Below, piece by piece: positions 45,130 through 59,306 of a stretch of DNA of 64,000 nucleotides. The position numbers and the translations under genes were made by a program. Positions within the stretch are counted from its first letter, which is position 1. The number at the start of each line of letters is the position of its first letter. Origin of the DNA: the human T2T-CHM13v2.0 reference genome, Homo sapiens; assembly GCF_009914755.1 (NCBI RefSeq), contig NC_060929.1. The stretch is one strand, 5' to 3'. The notes beneath the pieces are model-generated. The model worked only from the letters and a program-made list of their open reading frames with translations, was not told where the DNA came from and made no database searches.

Positions 45130-45796
45130 AAAATGGTTACATTCATTCAGACAATGGGATATTATTCAGTACTAAAAATAAATGAGCTATCAAACCATAC
45201 AAAAACATGGGGAAACCTAAATGCATATTACCAGAGGAAAGAAGCCAATCTGAAAAGGCTATGATTCCACCTACATGACACTTCTGGTGAAGGCATAATT
45301 GTGGAGACAGTGAAAAGATCAGTGGTTGGCTGGGTGCAATGGCTCATGCCTGTAATCCCAGCGCTTTGGGAGGCCAAGGCAGGCGGATCACTTGAGGTGA
45401 GGAGTTCAAGACAAGCCTGGCCAAGATGGTGAAACCCCGTCTCTACTAACAATACAAAAATTAGCCAGGCATGGTGGCGCATGCCTCTAATCACAGGTAC
45501 CCAGGAGGCTGAGGCAGGAGAATTGCTTGAACTTGGGAGGCAGGGGTTGCAGTGAGCTGAGATCACGCCATTGCACTCCAGCCTTGGGGACAAGAGCAAA
45601 ACTCTGTCTTGGGGGAAAAAAACAAAAATGATCAGTGGTTAGAGGGACAGAGGGATAAATAAGCAAGCCAAAAGTATTTCGAGTGCAGTGAAAATACTCT
45701 GTGTAATACTATAATGGTGAGTACATGTCATTATAAATTTATCTGAACCCATAGAAAGTACATCCCCAAGAGTGAACCCTAATATTAATATAAACT
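45130..45796 (+). mobile_element. L1MC1/2-like 3' fragment split by an Alu
   Basis: aatgagctatcaaaccat, gaagccaatctgaaaaggcta, ccaagagtgaaccctaat. Confidence 0.8.
45328..45628 (+). mobile_element. AluS (Sq-like)
   Basis: Full Alu; TSD gatcagtggtt at 45317-45327 and 45630-45640. Confidence 0.95.
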
Positions 45797-46069
45797 AAGT
45801 AGTCACCATGATGTATAGTCTCTTGAACTTTTTCCTCCTAACTGGAGCTTTGTGCACTGTGATCAATATCTTCCCAAACCCCTCACCCACAGTTTCTGGT
45901 ACCCACAATTTAGCTCTGTTTCTATGATTTTGAGCTTTTTACACATCACATGTAAGTGAGATCTTGTGATATTTGTCTTTCTGTGCCTGCTTACTTACCA
46001 TAATGTCTTCAAGTTTCATCCAAGTTGTTGTAAATGACAGGATTGCCATCTTTTTGAAAGCTGTATATA

Positions 46070-46110
46070 TGTGTGTGTGTGTGTGTGTGTATGTGTGTGT
46101 GTGTGTGTGT
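46070..46110. repeat. (TG)n microsatellite
   Basis: About 20 units with one interruption. Confidence 0.95.
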
Positions 46111-47423
46111 ATCTACATCTATATTACATTTTCTTTATTCAACATCCATTGATGGACACTTAGGTTCTATCCATATCTTGGCTATTGTGCTGCAATAAAC
46201 ATGAGAGTGCAGATATCTCTTCAGTACACTGATTTCATGTCCTTTGGATATATAACCAGTAGTGGGACAACTGGATTATTTGGTAGTCTTATTTTTAACT
46301 TTTTGAGGAACCACCACACTATTTTCTGTAAAGGCTATACCAATTTACATTCCCACCAACAGTGTGCAAGAGTTCGCTTTTCCCCACATCCTTGCCAACA
46401 CTTGTTATCTTTTGTCTTTTTGATACTAGTCGTTCTAACAGGTGTAAGGTGATATCTCATTGTGGTTTTAATTTGCATTTCCCTGATTATTAGTGATTTT
46501 GAATATGTTTCATATACCTGTTGGCCGTTTATAAGTTTCCTTTTAACAAATGACTATTTAGGTCCTTTGCTTATTTTTTAATCAGGTTATTTTTTTTTTT
46601 ACTGTTGAATGAGTTCCTTATATATTTTGGATATTAATCTCTTATGAGATGTGTGGGTTTTCAGGTATTTTCTCCCATTCTCTAGGTTGTATCTTCACTC
46701 TGTTTTACTTTGTTTGTTTTACTGTGCAGAAGCTTTTTAGTTCAATGTAATTCCACTTGTCTATTTTTGCTTTTATTTCCTGTGCTTTTGGTATCATATC
46801 CAAGACATCACTGCCAAAGCCAATAAGCTTTTTCTTGTTGTTTGCCTCTAGGATTTTTACCATTTAGGTCTTACATTTAAGTCTTTATTTGGAGTTGACT
46901 TTTGTATATGGTGTGTATTCTTTTTCATGTGTATATCCAGTTTTTCCAACACCAATTTATTGAAGAGACTGTCCTTTCCCCATTGTGGATTTTTGGCATC
47001 TTTGTGGAAAAGCAGTTGACTGTAATATGTGGTTTTATTTTGGGGTTCTGTTTTCTGTTTCATTGCTCTTTGTGTCTGTTTTTATGCCAATACCATGCTG
47101 TTTTGATTACTATAGCTTTGTAATAGATTTTCAAATCTGATAGTGTGATGCCTCTGGCATTGTTCTTTTTGCTCAAGATTGCCTTGGCTATCTGGGGTCT
47201 TTTGTGGTTCCATTCAAATTTTAAGATTGTTTTTTCTATCTCTGTAAAAATTATCCTTGGAATTTTGAAAAGGGTTGCATTGAATCTAGATTGCTTTGGG
47301 GAGTATGGACATGTTAGCAATATAATAAATCTTTCAATCCGTGAACATGGGATATCTTCCCATTTATTTGTGTATTTTAAAATTTCTTTTATTAAAATTG
47401 TATTAAATTTATTAAATTTTAAT

Positions 47424-47740
47424 TTAATTAACATTTTAATAAAGTAAAATAAAATTTTATTAAAATTTAATAAAATAAAATAAAGTTTTATTAAAATTTA
47501 ATAAAATAAAATAAAGTTTTATTAAATTTTAATAAAATAAAATAAAGTTTTATTAAATTTTAATAAAATAAAATAAAGTTTTATTAAATTTTAATAAAAT
47601 AAAATAAAATTTTATTAAATTTTAATAAAATAAAATAAAATTTTATTAAATTTTAATAAAATAAAATAAAATTTTATTAAATTTTAATAAAATAAAATAA
47701 AATTTTATTAAATTTTAATAAAATAAAATAAATTTTTATT
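47424..47740. repeat. 31-bp AT-rich palindromic minisatellite (9 full units plus degenerate edges)
   Basis: Unit ttttattaaa(a/t)tttaataaaataaaataaa(g/a) recurs every 31 bp from 47455 to 47733. Confidence 0.95.
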
Positions 47741-47859
47741 TTAAAATTTCATTTTAAAATTTCTTTTATAGTCTTCAGTGTGCAGGTTTTTTGCTGCCTT
47801 GATTAAATTTATTCCTAAGTATTTTTTGTAGCTATTGTAAGTGGAATTGTTTCCTTGAC

Positions 47860-48026
47860 TTTTTTTCTATTTTTAATTTTATTTAAAAGTTTTTTTACTT
47901 TATTTTTTTAGAGACGGGGTCTCGCTATTTTGTCCAGGCTGGTGTTGAACCCCAGGCCTCAAGCTGTCCTCCCACCTTGGCCTACTAAAGTGGTGAGATT
48001 ACAGGCATGAACTACCTTACTTGGCT
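47860..48026 (-). mobile_element. FLAM_C-like Alu monomer
   Basis: gagacggggtctcgcta...cctcccaccttggcctactaaagtggtgagattacaggcatga. Confidence 0.85.
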
Positions 48027-49594
48027 GATTTCTTTTTTGAATAGTTTACTGTTAGTGTATTTTTGTATCCCACAACTTTACTGAACTTGTTTGTTAGTTC
48101 TAACAGTTTTTTGATGGAGTCTTTAGGATTTTTTAGATATAAGACCTTGTCATCTGTAGAGACAATTTAACATCTTCCTTTCTGATTTGGATGCCTTTTA
48201 TTTATTTTTCTTGTCTACTTGTTCTTTCTAGGACTTCCAGTATTATATTGAATAGAAGTGGTGAGAGTGGGTATTTTTGTCTTGCTCCAGATCTTAGAGG
48301 AAAAGCTTTCAACTCTTCACCATTGTGATGTAAACTGCGGGCTTGTCATATATGGCCTTATTGTGTTGAGGTACATTTCTTCTATGTCTAATTTGTTGAG
48401 AGTTTTTATCGTGAAAGCATGTTGAATTGTGTCAAATGCTTTTTCTGCATCTACCGAGATGATTATATGGTTTTTAGCCATCATTCTGTTAATATGGAGT
48501 ATCACATTTATTGATTTGTGTATAATGAACTGTTCTTGAATGCTTGGGATAAATCTCAACTTGATCATGTGAATGATCCTTTTAATATGATGCTGAATTT
48601 GGTTTATTAGTATTTTGTTGAGGAATTTTGCATTTGTGTTCATCAGGAATTGGCCTGTGTTTTCTTTTCTTGTAGTATCCTTGTCTGGTTTTTAGTATTA
48701 GGGTAATGCTGGCCTCATAAAATGAGTTCAGAAGTTTTTTTGGAAGAGTTTAAGAAGGATTGGTATTAGTTCTTTAATTGTTTGGTAGAATTCAGCAGTA
48801 AAGCCATCAGGTCCTGAGCTTTTCTTTGATGGGAGACTTTTTTATTATTGATTTACTCTCCTGACTCATTACTGATCTGTTCATATTTTCTACTTTTTCC
48901 ATGATTTAGTCTTGGTAGGTTGTGTCTCTTATATTTAACCATAGTCTTAATATCCATTTTGCTATATATTATCTATCATAAAATCTCTTCTGAAGGGCTT
49001 AGTGATAACACATCTGAGAAAGAGGGAAAGTTAAGAATTTGCATATGTGTTTTGTGAGGGAACCAGAATTAAAATTCAAGATAACCTTGGGAATAAGCAG
49101 TTTTAAAGACCAAAGTAAAGTAAGTATCCCTTCATTTATGCCTGGCAAAGAATTCATGCATACTTATGCTATTCTTTGTGGATCCAAGCTGGGCTACATA
49201 ATGATATTCTCTACTGTTTTGCACTGTAATTGCACTCCAGATAAGTGAGGGACTCCCCATGCTTGGAAAGTTAATAGTGTTGCCCAAAATCATATTTGTT
49301 CCCCACCCACCTACATTTATTTCTCTTTTGATCTTTCTACCAGCTTTTCTGAAAGTTTCTTTGATCCTAAAATCACTACAGCTTTCTAGGCAGAAGAAGT
49401 ATGGCTGCTCTACAGAGCGCTAGGGCTAATACGAATTTCAAGAGCATCAGGACTTACTCTTGCTCACCCCTCCCCTTCAGCAGCACAATGGCTAGGTCTT
49501 AAACATGATTTTAACTTTCTGTGGTCAAAACCTGACTTATGATGATTCTTCTACTTTCCCATCCCGAGAGTATTAATACAAACTGATAGTACAA

Positions 49595-49800
49595 AGCTAA
49601 TACATATAATGCTTACTAAGTTCCAGATACTATTCTTGGCACTTTACATATAGTAACTAATTTCATCCTATGATCATATTTTATTATCCCTACTTTTTAT
49701 ATAGGATAACTGAGGCACAGGGAAGTTAAGTAACACTAAAGAATACAAGTTTCAGAGCCAGGTGGTCTGGCTCCAATATCTGCACCTAACCAATTGCCTT
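49595..49800 (-). mobile_element. MIR
   Basis: ataactgaggcacagggaagttaagtaac; tctggctcca. Confidence 0.8.
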
Positions 49801-51819
49801 GCAGAGAAAAAAAAAAAGTTTAAGTTGATTTGTTTGTCAGCATTTGTCTGTCAGCTTAGCTAGTGTCAAAGCATTCCCAGGAAATATTAGCCATTTCTAG
49901 AGACTTGAGAGGCATTTGAGTTAGGGGCTGACCTCAGCAATTTCTGAACCAGCCATGGCTGTTCCCACTAGATGCACATTGCTCTTGGATCTCAGTGTTG
50001 TAACATCCATTATCTTCTTTCTGATGTTTCATGTTATTTAAACTGTGATGAGACTCTTGTCTTTATCTGGTAGGATTATAACCTGCCACAGAGCCCAAAA
50101 GTGAAAAAAAAAGAATCAACCCAGCTATTTCCAGAATCATATTTCATTCCAGTAAGGTTTCCTACTGAGATATTAAGGTCAGGAAAAGTAAAAAGAGTAA
50201 ACTAGAGTATTTTGGTGATGCTGTATGTGCCTAGAGTTAAAGTGGCATTTATGCAAGGGTATATACTGTCATTACAGTGAAAGGAAAGCCTTTCTAGCCA
50301 TTTATCAATGATTTTATAGTCCTTACTTCATGGCAGATGGAATAAAAGAACAAAGAAAGTTTACTTCCAAAGCAATTTAATAAACATGAAGTGAAAAAAA
50401 TCAAGATAGACTTGTTTCTTTTCGCATTTCCCTCTCACAAGTGCCTTATTGACAAATGAATTCATTTCTTTTTCATATCACAAATTTAAGTGTGTCCCTG
50501 AATAACACCCAGCATCTAATACTTTTTTTAAGTTCTAATGTGTACTGGAACTGAGTTTGAAAATTCATTCCCTTGGCTGTTTCTTCCCTTTACAATTTGG
50601 AGAGTTTTGAAATTACCTTTGGATGGCTTTCACTGAGGAGATATGTTTGCTTGTTTATCTATTTTAAATCAAGAAAAAACAGATAAATATTCATATTATT
50701 TCTCGCTAACTAACTCAGTTGGCAAATTATTTTTTTATCCTGGGGTTAGTGCCTACTCACATTAAACTTTAAAAAGGAGATTGAGTTTAAAATGAGGCCA
50801 CTCTTTAATCAGGTAGGATGCCTGGAACTATTTCAAAGGCATATATGGTTTTTGTTTTTATAGGAAGTGAAGAATGAGACATTAGAGTTATGAAATTAAG
50901 ATTCTTGTTGAATAAGTAAATTTGCCTAAGGTTGGGGATAATGGAAGTGTGTAATGATTTGCATTGAGAGGTTAGTGTTGTCAGAAGCTATCTCCCAGGC
51001 AGCTTTCTTCAAGCCATTACACCTGGGCCAATAACCTTGTTTCCCAGTCTCAGCAAAGTTGATCTTAATCCTAACATCCAAATAAGAATTCTTCCTGTAA
51101 CCTTTGTGGTTTTTTTCTTCAAGACATTTGAGTGAAGAACCACCATTCCTCTCTATGACTTAGATGTTACTCATCTTGTTGCTAGAAGGCAGTCAGGCAG
51201 TGGAAAATATCATCTTTGAGACCATACAAACATCATGGTTCTGACCTAAGTGGATTAAGATGGGTGATTGGAGAGGGGAGTGGTGGTAGAACCACATTCA
51301 CAATGGGGCGCACTTTTTCAGGCTGCGTGGTTATGTCTCGTTGTTTTTGACACAAACATGCAAGGTAAACATGCATCTTCATCATCTGTTGGGGCCAAGG
51401 TATATTTTAAAAATCAATGTATAATAATGTCCAAAATTCAGTATATTATATTAGAGTTTTGTGTTCTTTTTATATATATAGAATTTTAGTTTGGCAATTT
51501 TAAGGATCAATTATATCCTTGTGGATAACAGCTGGTAATTATATACTATTTGAGTCAATATATTGATGTAACCTTTTATTAAAACTGTTATAAATAAGTC
51601 CCTAGAGTATGTAGTAATTTTTTATTAACCCAGCCTTACTTGGTACAAAGAGTTTTCTTTATTAAATATCTTTTTAAATCACAGGTAAAAGTTTTTAGTC
51701 CAAATAATTTAGGATCTCAAAAAGGACCAAAAAAGCCGTATAAGGAATAAGACACGGATTTTTACCCTCCGAAATTTGAAGAATTATCAGAACAGGGTTA
51801 CAAAATCTGTAGTTTGTGA

Positions 51820-52275
51820 ATTTTTATTTAGTTGTGGTAAAATACACATAACATAAAATTTACTATCTTAATCATTTCTTAGGCTGTAGTTCAGTGGTAT
51901 TAAATATATTCACATTATTGTTCAACCAATCTCCAGAACTCTTTTTATCTTGCAAAGCTAAAACTCTGTATCTGTTAAACAACAAGTCGTCATTCTTCTT
52001 CTCCCCCACCATTCTGCTTTATGTGTTTATGAATTGAACTACTTTAAGTACCTCATGTAAGTAGAAACATAGTATTTGTCTTTTTTGTGTCTGGCTCATT
52101 TCACTTAGCATAATGTCCTCAGGTTCATCCATGTTATAGCATGTGTCAGAATTTCTTTCCTTTTTTAAGGCTGAATAATATTTCATTGTATGTGTATGTG
52201 TGTATTTATATACATATATATAAATACACACATACACAATGAAAATTATATATACACAAATTATGCAATTTAAAT

Positions 52276-52315
<40 letters not shown>

Positions 52316-52695
52316 CTGATATGTATAGTCTGATGAGGGACACTTGGGTTGTTTCCATCTTTTGGCCCTCCGAAAGTTGAAGAATTATCACAATTTTGGC
52401 CATTGTGAATAATGCTGCAATGCACATGGACATACAAATATCTTTTCGAGACTCTGCTTTCAATTCTTTTGGTTATATACCCAGAAATGGAATTGCTGGA
52501 TAAAGTGGTAATACTATTATATATATATTTTTTTTGAGGAACTGCCATAATGTTTGCCTTACTACATTATTTTACATTCCCACCAACAGTGCACAAGGGT
52601 TCCAGTTTCTTTACAACCTCGACAACACTTGTTATTTTGTTATTCTGGGGTTTTTGTAGAAAGGATAGTAGCCATCTTACTGGTTGTGAGGTGGA
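51820..52695 (-). mobile_element. L1MB-like 3' fragment
   Basis: ttgtggtaaaatacacataacataaaatttac; tcatttcacttagcataatgtcctcaggttcatccatg. Confidence 0.88.
52279..52313. repeat. (CA)n microsatellite
   Basis: About 17 units. Confidence 0.95.
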
Positions 52696-54647
52696 GTAGT
52701 GTATTTTAAATTCAACTTTAACCTAGAGAAAATTATGATGGAAATGATGATGAAATGTACAATCTCATTTACAGATTATGGCCAAAGTCTAAATTTGAAT
52801 ACTGTGCTGACTGACCCTTTTCTACTCTATTGTTGCGCAAATGATACTCTTCAAGGAAGGATTATGGCAGCCTGAGAAATCAGGAAAGCATGGCTTGGAA
52901 CTGGCCAAAACAAAATCCAGCAAGATCTCTTTGAAGGTGGTATTTAAAAAAAAAATCATAAAATTTATGCACTTTGAACCTTGTACAGAATACAGCTGTC
53001 CTCAGACTAGAACTACTGACTTGGTGTAGTAGGTAAGGTGAAGGATTTAGCAAGTTCAGTTTTCCTTTCATTACCAATTTATTTCCTTAATTTTCTACAT
53101 GTAAAAGATTGGAAAAGGGCTGACAGACAGTAGTCAGCAGTAACACTAATTGACAATAAGAAATATCTTCATTATTGCAAGGTGGAAGAATCATTTAAAA
53201 GTCAAAAAGTCACAGTAGGACACTATTTTAACATAGTGGACTATGTTGTGTTTATAATTAGCATGTGATCCAAAGAGAAAGTGAGTACACAAAGGATGTT
53301 TAGTTCACTAAGGCAGGAAAAAAAGAACTCTAAAGTATTTTTAAATTCTTTTCATTAAAACAATCAGACTGAGAATATTTGCTTTTCAAAGGAATTGGCT
53401 TCATTTATCTAAAAAATGCTATCATATGGATTAGCTGATTTTCCAGTGACGCAGAAAAGATGACATATGGTACAGAGTAGCATATATTCAAGTGTCCAAA
53501 AATATTCTCATAATCTTTCCCATGTAAAATCCAATTGTTCTCTTAATTTTAATTTTCTAGAATGATGCTTCTAATCTCCATTAGCCTCCTCTTTTGCCCA
53601 CCTAACTGCTATTTGATAGATACCTCTCACAGAAAGTTTCCCATTTCTCTTTACTTCACAATTCTGGGTTCCTTATTTTTCCTGTGTGGTATCACAGCAC
53701 ACAGCATTTTCTTTCTTGTACTTATCGCTCTCTATTGCAGTCAATCTGTGTTCCTAACCATCTGACCCCTGAGACCACCAGTGTGTCCCAGATCAGTAAT
53801 AGCCAAAGAGACAAAGTTGTTATCATGCTGAGAATTGTATATAGCATACATCTTGGTATGCCTCCAGGAATGTGAGGCCATTAGGTTGTCAGATATGAGT
53901 CATAGTGGGAAAAATATTAGGGTCATTGAACCAGAGTGTGAACAACTTGAGCCTTCTTTCTTTTTCTCCCACATATAGCAGTGTTTGACCTAGGCATTAG
54001 TATAAACACTAAAGTGAAGAGTTTGGATTTTTGCTGTATTAAAAAAAATGCATTGTAGAATTGAGTTTTGTATAGGGATGGTGTTAGAATTGTGGTACAA
54101 TAAAACTATTATAAGATCATTCTCTTCCTTCTTCCAGAAAGGATGTAAGATTGAAGACTCAAAGATAGAGGCATAAAATTGCAGTGAAAGGAGGAATGTA
54201 AAGTCAGGGTGGGGAAAAAGTAGAACCAGATATGAGGCACTAATATAAACTCTGATTAGCTATGCATTTTCTAAGAGTGGACTCAAATGCAATTCTGACC
54301 TTTGTAGCAACCAACTCAAAAAGGAGAAACCTTTAAGTCAGAACCTCACAATGGCTCTGAGGTCAATCAAACAACTACTTAGAGAAGTATAACTATTTTT
54401 TCTTTTCCAAAAATAAAGTAGCTTTATTTTGCTTTCATTCGAAAAACAATATGTTACTTATTTTAAAAAAATCAAGCAATAAAGTACAAAATCTTATATA
54501 ATTACCCCACTAGAGCACTTGTGGTCATACCCCTAAGCTTCTTGGTAGTCAGTCCAGAAAAGGAAACAGTTGGTCGCACAACTCATACTGCTCAATTTAT
54601 ATTCCAAACAGTATGAGAGCTTGTTAATTTTCCTACACTCTTAATAA

Positions 54648-55004
<357 letters not shown>

Positions 55005-55279
55005 ATATTTGTTATTTTCTATTATCCTTAATACTAATGTCTGATGTGACTTTTTCTATGGTTTTTATAAGTAGACACTAATGTAATGAACAAGTATTCT
55101 TGATAACATACTTTGATTAATTTGATAAGTTTTTTTCTGGAGTATTATAATAACACTGAATTATGGGTAATGGTATTTCACCAGGTTTTTAATTCAGTAA
55201 AACCAGTTTTTCTGGGGCGAATATGATAGTGTTCGTTATTCAACCTTTTTGTTGATTTGGCTTTATTCAGGAACATATT

Positions 55280-55717
55280 TGTGGTAGAGACCACTAGCTT
55301 CCTACCAAAATCACTTTTTCCTTCTTCGTGGATACACAAACTACCTTTAGCAGCTCCATTTGAAATTAAGTGTGCTATGTGACTAAGTTTTCTCTAGTGC
55401 ATTGTAAATGAAACAGATGTGAGTCACTTCATTGGCATGAGCCATAAAAATCTCCATTATGTGTTCCTGGGTGCTCTTTTTCTTTCTGACTAAATGAAAT
55501 GGCAGTGTTCAGGGAAGCCTTAGAAGTCATGTGTTGAAAATGACTGAGTAGCCATCAGCCTGGATCTTTGAATGACTGCATGGAAAGAACTGCATGGCCT
55601 ACCTGAACATTCACCCAGCACTGTTGCATAAGAAACAAATACACTTCTAATTATTTAAACTACGTAGTTTTTTAGAGTCTGTTTGTTACTGCAGCTTAGC
55701 CAATCCCAATTAATACA
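55280..55717 (+). mobile_element. MLT1I/J-like MaLR solo LTR
   Basis: TG...CA ends; perfect 5-bp TSD atatt at 55275-55279 and 55718-55722; tttgttactgcagc near the 3' end. Confidence 0.8.
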
Positions 55718-55749
55718 ATATTTTAGAAAATATAACTGAACAGAAATTG

Positions 55750-56030
55750 AGCTAGATTCAAATGATCCATGTCATCAGGATATGCACCATCTCCATAACA
55801 TGACTCTGAATTGGTTTCATTCATAGATAGATTTTCTCCACATAGTAGAATAGATGGCCCAGCAATCACAGGTCTTACATGGTCTTTATAGCTTATGATC
55901 ATAGAAGCTGAGAAAGTATCTTTTCCTGGAAGCACCAGCAAAAGTTCTAGGAAGACTCTTCATTGGCCCAGCAGGGGTCATGTACCCATCCCTGAAATAG
56001 TTTCTGTGGCTAAAAGGATAGAATACCATG
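55750..56030 (-). mobile_element. Old MaLR/ERVL LTR fragment
   Basis: cattggcccagcaggggtcatgtacccatccctgaa...tgtggc motif. Confidence 0.5.
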
Positions 56031-56364
56031 GGTCAAATTTGGTTAACATTCCTACCTCTAAGTAGAAGGGTGATAGTCCCACACAACCCCATGGACAAAG
56101 TAGGATCATATGGAATGGAGTAGTTTCCTAAAGAAACAATAAAGAATAGACATCAGAATACAATATGGTTAGGTTTTTAAAATTAATATAGACATGAAAT
56201 GAGAGGGACCTGGATGAAGGTCTTGGTGTGGATATAAAGGGAAATATTGAAATAAAATATATTTTGTTGAAAGTTTGCATTGTCAGGGAGGGAAATAGTA
56301 GAAAAAACAACTGAACTTTAAAAAACAATTAAAAATTTTAATTTTGGTAAAAAATAAAACATAT

Positions 56365-56620
56365 GAGGTGGTAGGATCACTTGAGGCCAGGATCAAGACC
56401 AGTCTGGGCAACATCACGAGACCCCATCTCTACAAAAAATTTAAAACTTAGCTGGGCACGTTGGCATGTGCCTGTAGTCCTAGCTACTCCAGAGGCTGAG
56501 GTGGGAGGATTTTTAGAGCCCAGGAGTTCAAGGCTGTAGTGAGTCATGATCACACCACTGTACTCATTCCTGGGTGACAGAGTGAGACTATGTCTCTAGA
56601 AAAAACAAAAATAAAATAAA
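56365..56620 (+). mobile_element. 5'-truncated AluJ
   Basis: ggatcacttgaggccagga...gagcccaggagttcaaggctgtagtgag; A-rich tail. Confidence 0.9.
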
Positions 56621-58249
56621 AATATAACATCTTAAGCAGTTTGAAGTGTACAGTTCAATATTTTTAAATATATTCACATTGTAAAAACAACTGTAGTTTT
56701 TGAATTAGGAAATGAGTAAAGTAATAGTCCTATCAAAATATTTGAGAGATTTGAAAGGAAATGCAGTTCAGGCCTGGGAGAGGTGGGTGTCATAAACACT
56801 GATCAAGCAGGCCAGACCATAGGTTTCCAAGTCCTAGGGAGCCAATAGAATAGTCCTGGGCAGGTGATTTGTGAGACAGGAGTAGCTAACAGTGAGGAAA
56901 ATGGTCTACACCTGGGCAGTTGACGTCACCATTAGACCAAATCTCAGTAGCATTCAGTAACGATTTCTAGAACTGAGATACAGGGCAAAATCCAAGGAAC
57001 AAAACCCCCTTGCTACTTAATTGGTACCAGCAACAAAAGTGACTTCATATTGACAGACTGACTTGGGATATCTTACATGTTCCTCTGCTTCAATGCAAAA
57101 TTCCCACAGGTAGGAACTTATAGGCCTTACTCATAAAGATCAGACAATTTCAGGGACTAGATGCTAAGCTCAGTATTACAGGAAGATACAGAACTCTGTG
57201 TAGCAGAAGTATAAAGACATACAAGTAGAGAGCATTGCTTTAAACAAAAGTTTATGACTGGAGCTCATTGAGTGGTTAGAGTTATAGATGTAATCCTGTT
57301 AGTTTCCATCGCTGAGATAAAGTTAAAATAATGAGAGCTGTTCTCTCATGTGTCATTAGTATAACTTTAAGGGGTCACTGCAAAGTAGGAATGGACCTTA
57401 TTGTTATCAACAAATATTTGAGTGTTTCATTATATGTAGTGTAAGATTTAAATTTCACAAGACAAGGAGATGTATATTAACTCTTAAGAAGAGGAAAATA
57501 TATATAGTATTGCTTTGTTTTAGCATTCTGTTCCTTTATTTACCATGTATGCCACTACAGAAGACTTTATACTTTTATATGTTTTAATAATATGGCAAGT
57601 TTCCCAACTTACAAATCAGTTGAATCCTAAAAATTCCATGTATGTAGCTTGTTGAAATTCAACACATTTTAAAATAGAAATTGTGTTGTAAATTGTAGTT
57701 CTGTTTCCAGAATAATTCACAAATTGCTTTTAATTCACAATTCATCTTCATTGCTTCATATTAGCAAACATTGATTAGCAGTGAAATCAAGTGGTAAAGT
57801 AACTCTACAGGTTTTTGAAAGGAGATATGAAAGATAAAAAAGGAGTTGTATGTGTATATGAGAAAAACACTTTTTCAGGTGGGTGTGAGTGAGCTGAAAT
57901 AAAAAAGGCAGAATAAAAAGCCCAAATTATGCATTATCTTTCTAAAGGTAAGAAAGCAGATACTGATTTCAGATTTTTCCAATACCTTTGCCAGCCAATA
58001 AGTGGTGCTATTGTCACAGAATAGTTAGGTTGTTCTGCAGCACAAAGCAAAGGGGGAAGATGTGGAAAGTATATGCCAAGTGGTTGTAAAATGGGTTGTG
58101 AAAAGGAGGCAGAAATAAAAAAGGGAGGCAGCATGAACCTGACTATATGTGGACACTGTTTTTGTAGTATAGGAGGTGATTATGCTAGTACATTTTCTTA
58201 AATTTCCATGTAAAAATTAAACATAATTCAAGACACACCTTTCCTTATC

Positions 58250-58365
58250 CATTCAATTTTCTTTGAGCTTTAGTTTCCTCAATTATAAAAGTGAAGATTG
58301 TTGTGAGAATTAAGAAAATAAAAATAAAGTGTCTATTAATATCATATACATAATGCTCAATAAAT
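58250..58365 (+). mobile_element. MIR fragment
   Basis: tgagctttagtttcctca...ttgttgtgagaattaa...tgctcaataaat. Confidence 0.65.
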
Positions 58366-59001
58366 ATAATTCTGCTCATCTAAATGAGTCAGATAACATT
58401 AATAAGCCAAATTAACATAATATTATTGACACGTTGCTAAATTAGCCTAAATTACATGATCTTCAGAACCTGGAAGCTTATAAGAAAGTAGCAAGAAATA
58501 GGGAAAAAATGTTGAGCTTTGTCATTTGCTACTAAGAATAAAGAATTGTTCAACTCCAATTATTTTATTCTTTTGTAGGTAAATATCCAGGCATGGGCTA
58601 TCAGTACATCCTTGAGTAGAGAGGCAGGCTCCATTTTTATATGCACTCTGTTTTTGGAGACCCCCATCTTAAAGTAATACCATGTGGCATATCTTACTAT
58701 TAGTGACTGTAGTGTTTATCTTTTTGAGCATCATTGAGAAATAATGAATAAGTAGGTAAAAATTGCAAGATTAATGGTCTTTTTGCAGCCTTCACAAGCA
58801 AAATGGAATCAACTTTTCTTTTTCATGCTCCTACAGCCTGCCTTTTGGTGCAATCACAGCTTATTAGCATATCTTTCTAACAGCGAACTAAAATAGAGAA
58901 CAAAGATAAAATTCATGTCATCCAATTTTGTTAGTTATTAGCCAGGGTAAAGTTTGTCATAGGAAGAGTTTAAACGAATGACTAAAATCATATGATGCTA
59001 T

Positions 59002-59288
59002 GGCTGGGCACGGTGGCCCACACCTGTAATCCCAGCACTTTGGGATGCCAAAGCAAGAGGATCACCTGAGGTTGGCAGTTCAAAACCAGCCTGGCCAACA
59101 TGGTGAAACCCCGTCTCTACTAAAAATACAAACATTAGCTGGGCATGGTGGCGCGTGCCTGTAATCCCCAGCTACTCAGGAGGCTGAGGCATGAGAATCG
59201 CTTGAACCAAGGAGGCCGAGGTTGCGGTGAGCTGAGATCACGCCATTGCACTCCAGCCTGGGCAACAGAACGACACTCTGTCTCCAAA

Positions 59289-59306
<18 letters not shown>
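59002..59306 (+). mobile_element. AluS
   Basis: Full Alu with A21 tail; TSD atatg(a/g)tgctat at 58990-59001 and 59362-59373. Confidence 0.95.

Larger units (their letters stand above)
45800..48925 (-). mobile_element. L1MA-like element (about 3 kb, degraded ORF2)
   Basis: ORF2-like peptides at 46857-47434 and 48317-48643 (IISVDAEKAFDTIQH); L1MA-type 3'UTR. Confidence 0.9.

Noticed and set aside
47455-47733. CRISPR-like palindromic 31-bp repeats
   Set aside because: No unique spacers; it is a simple AT minisatellite.
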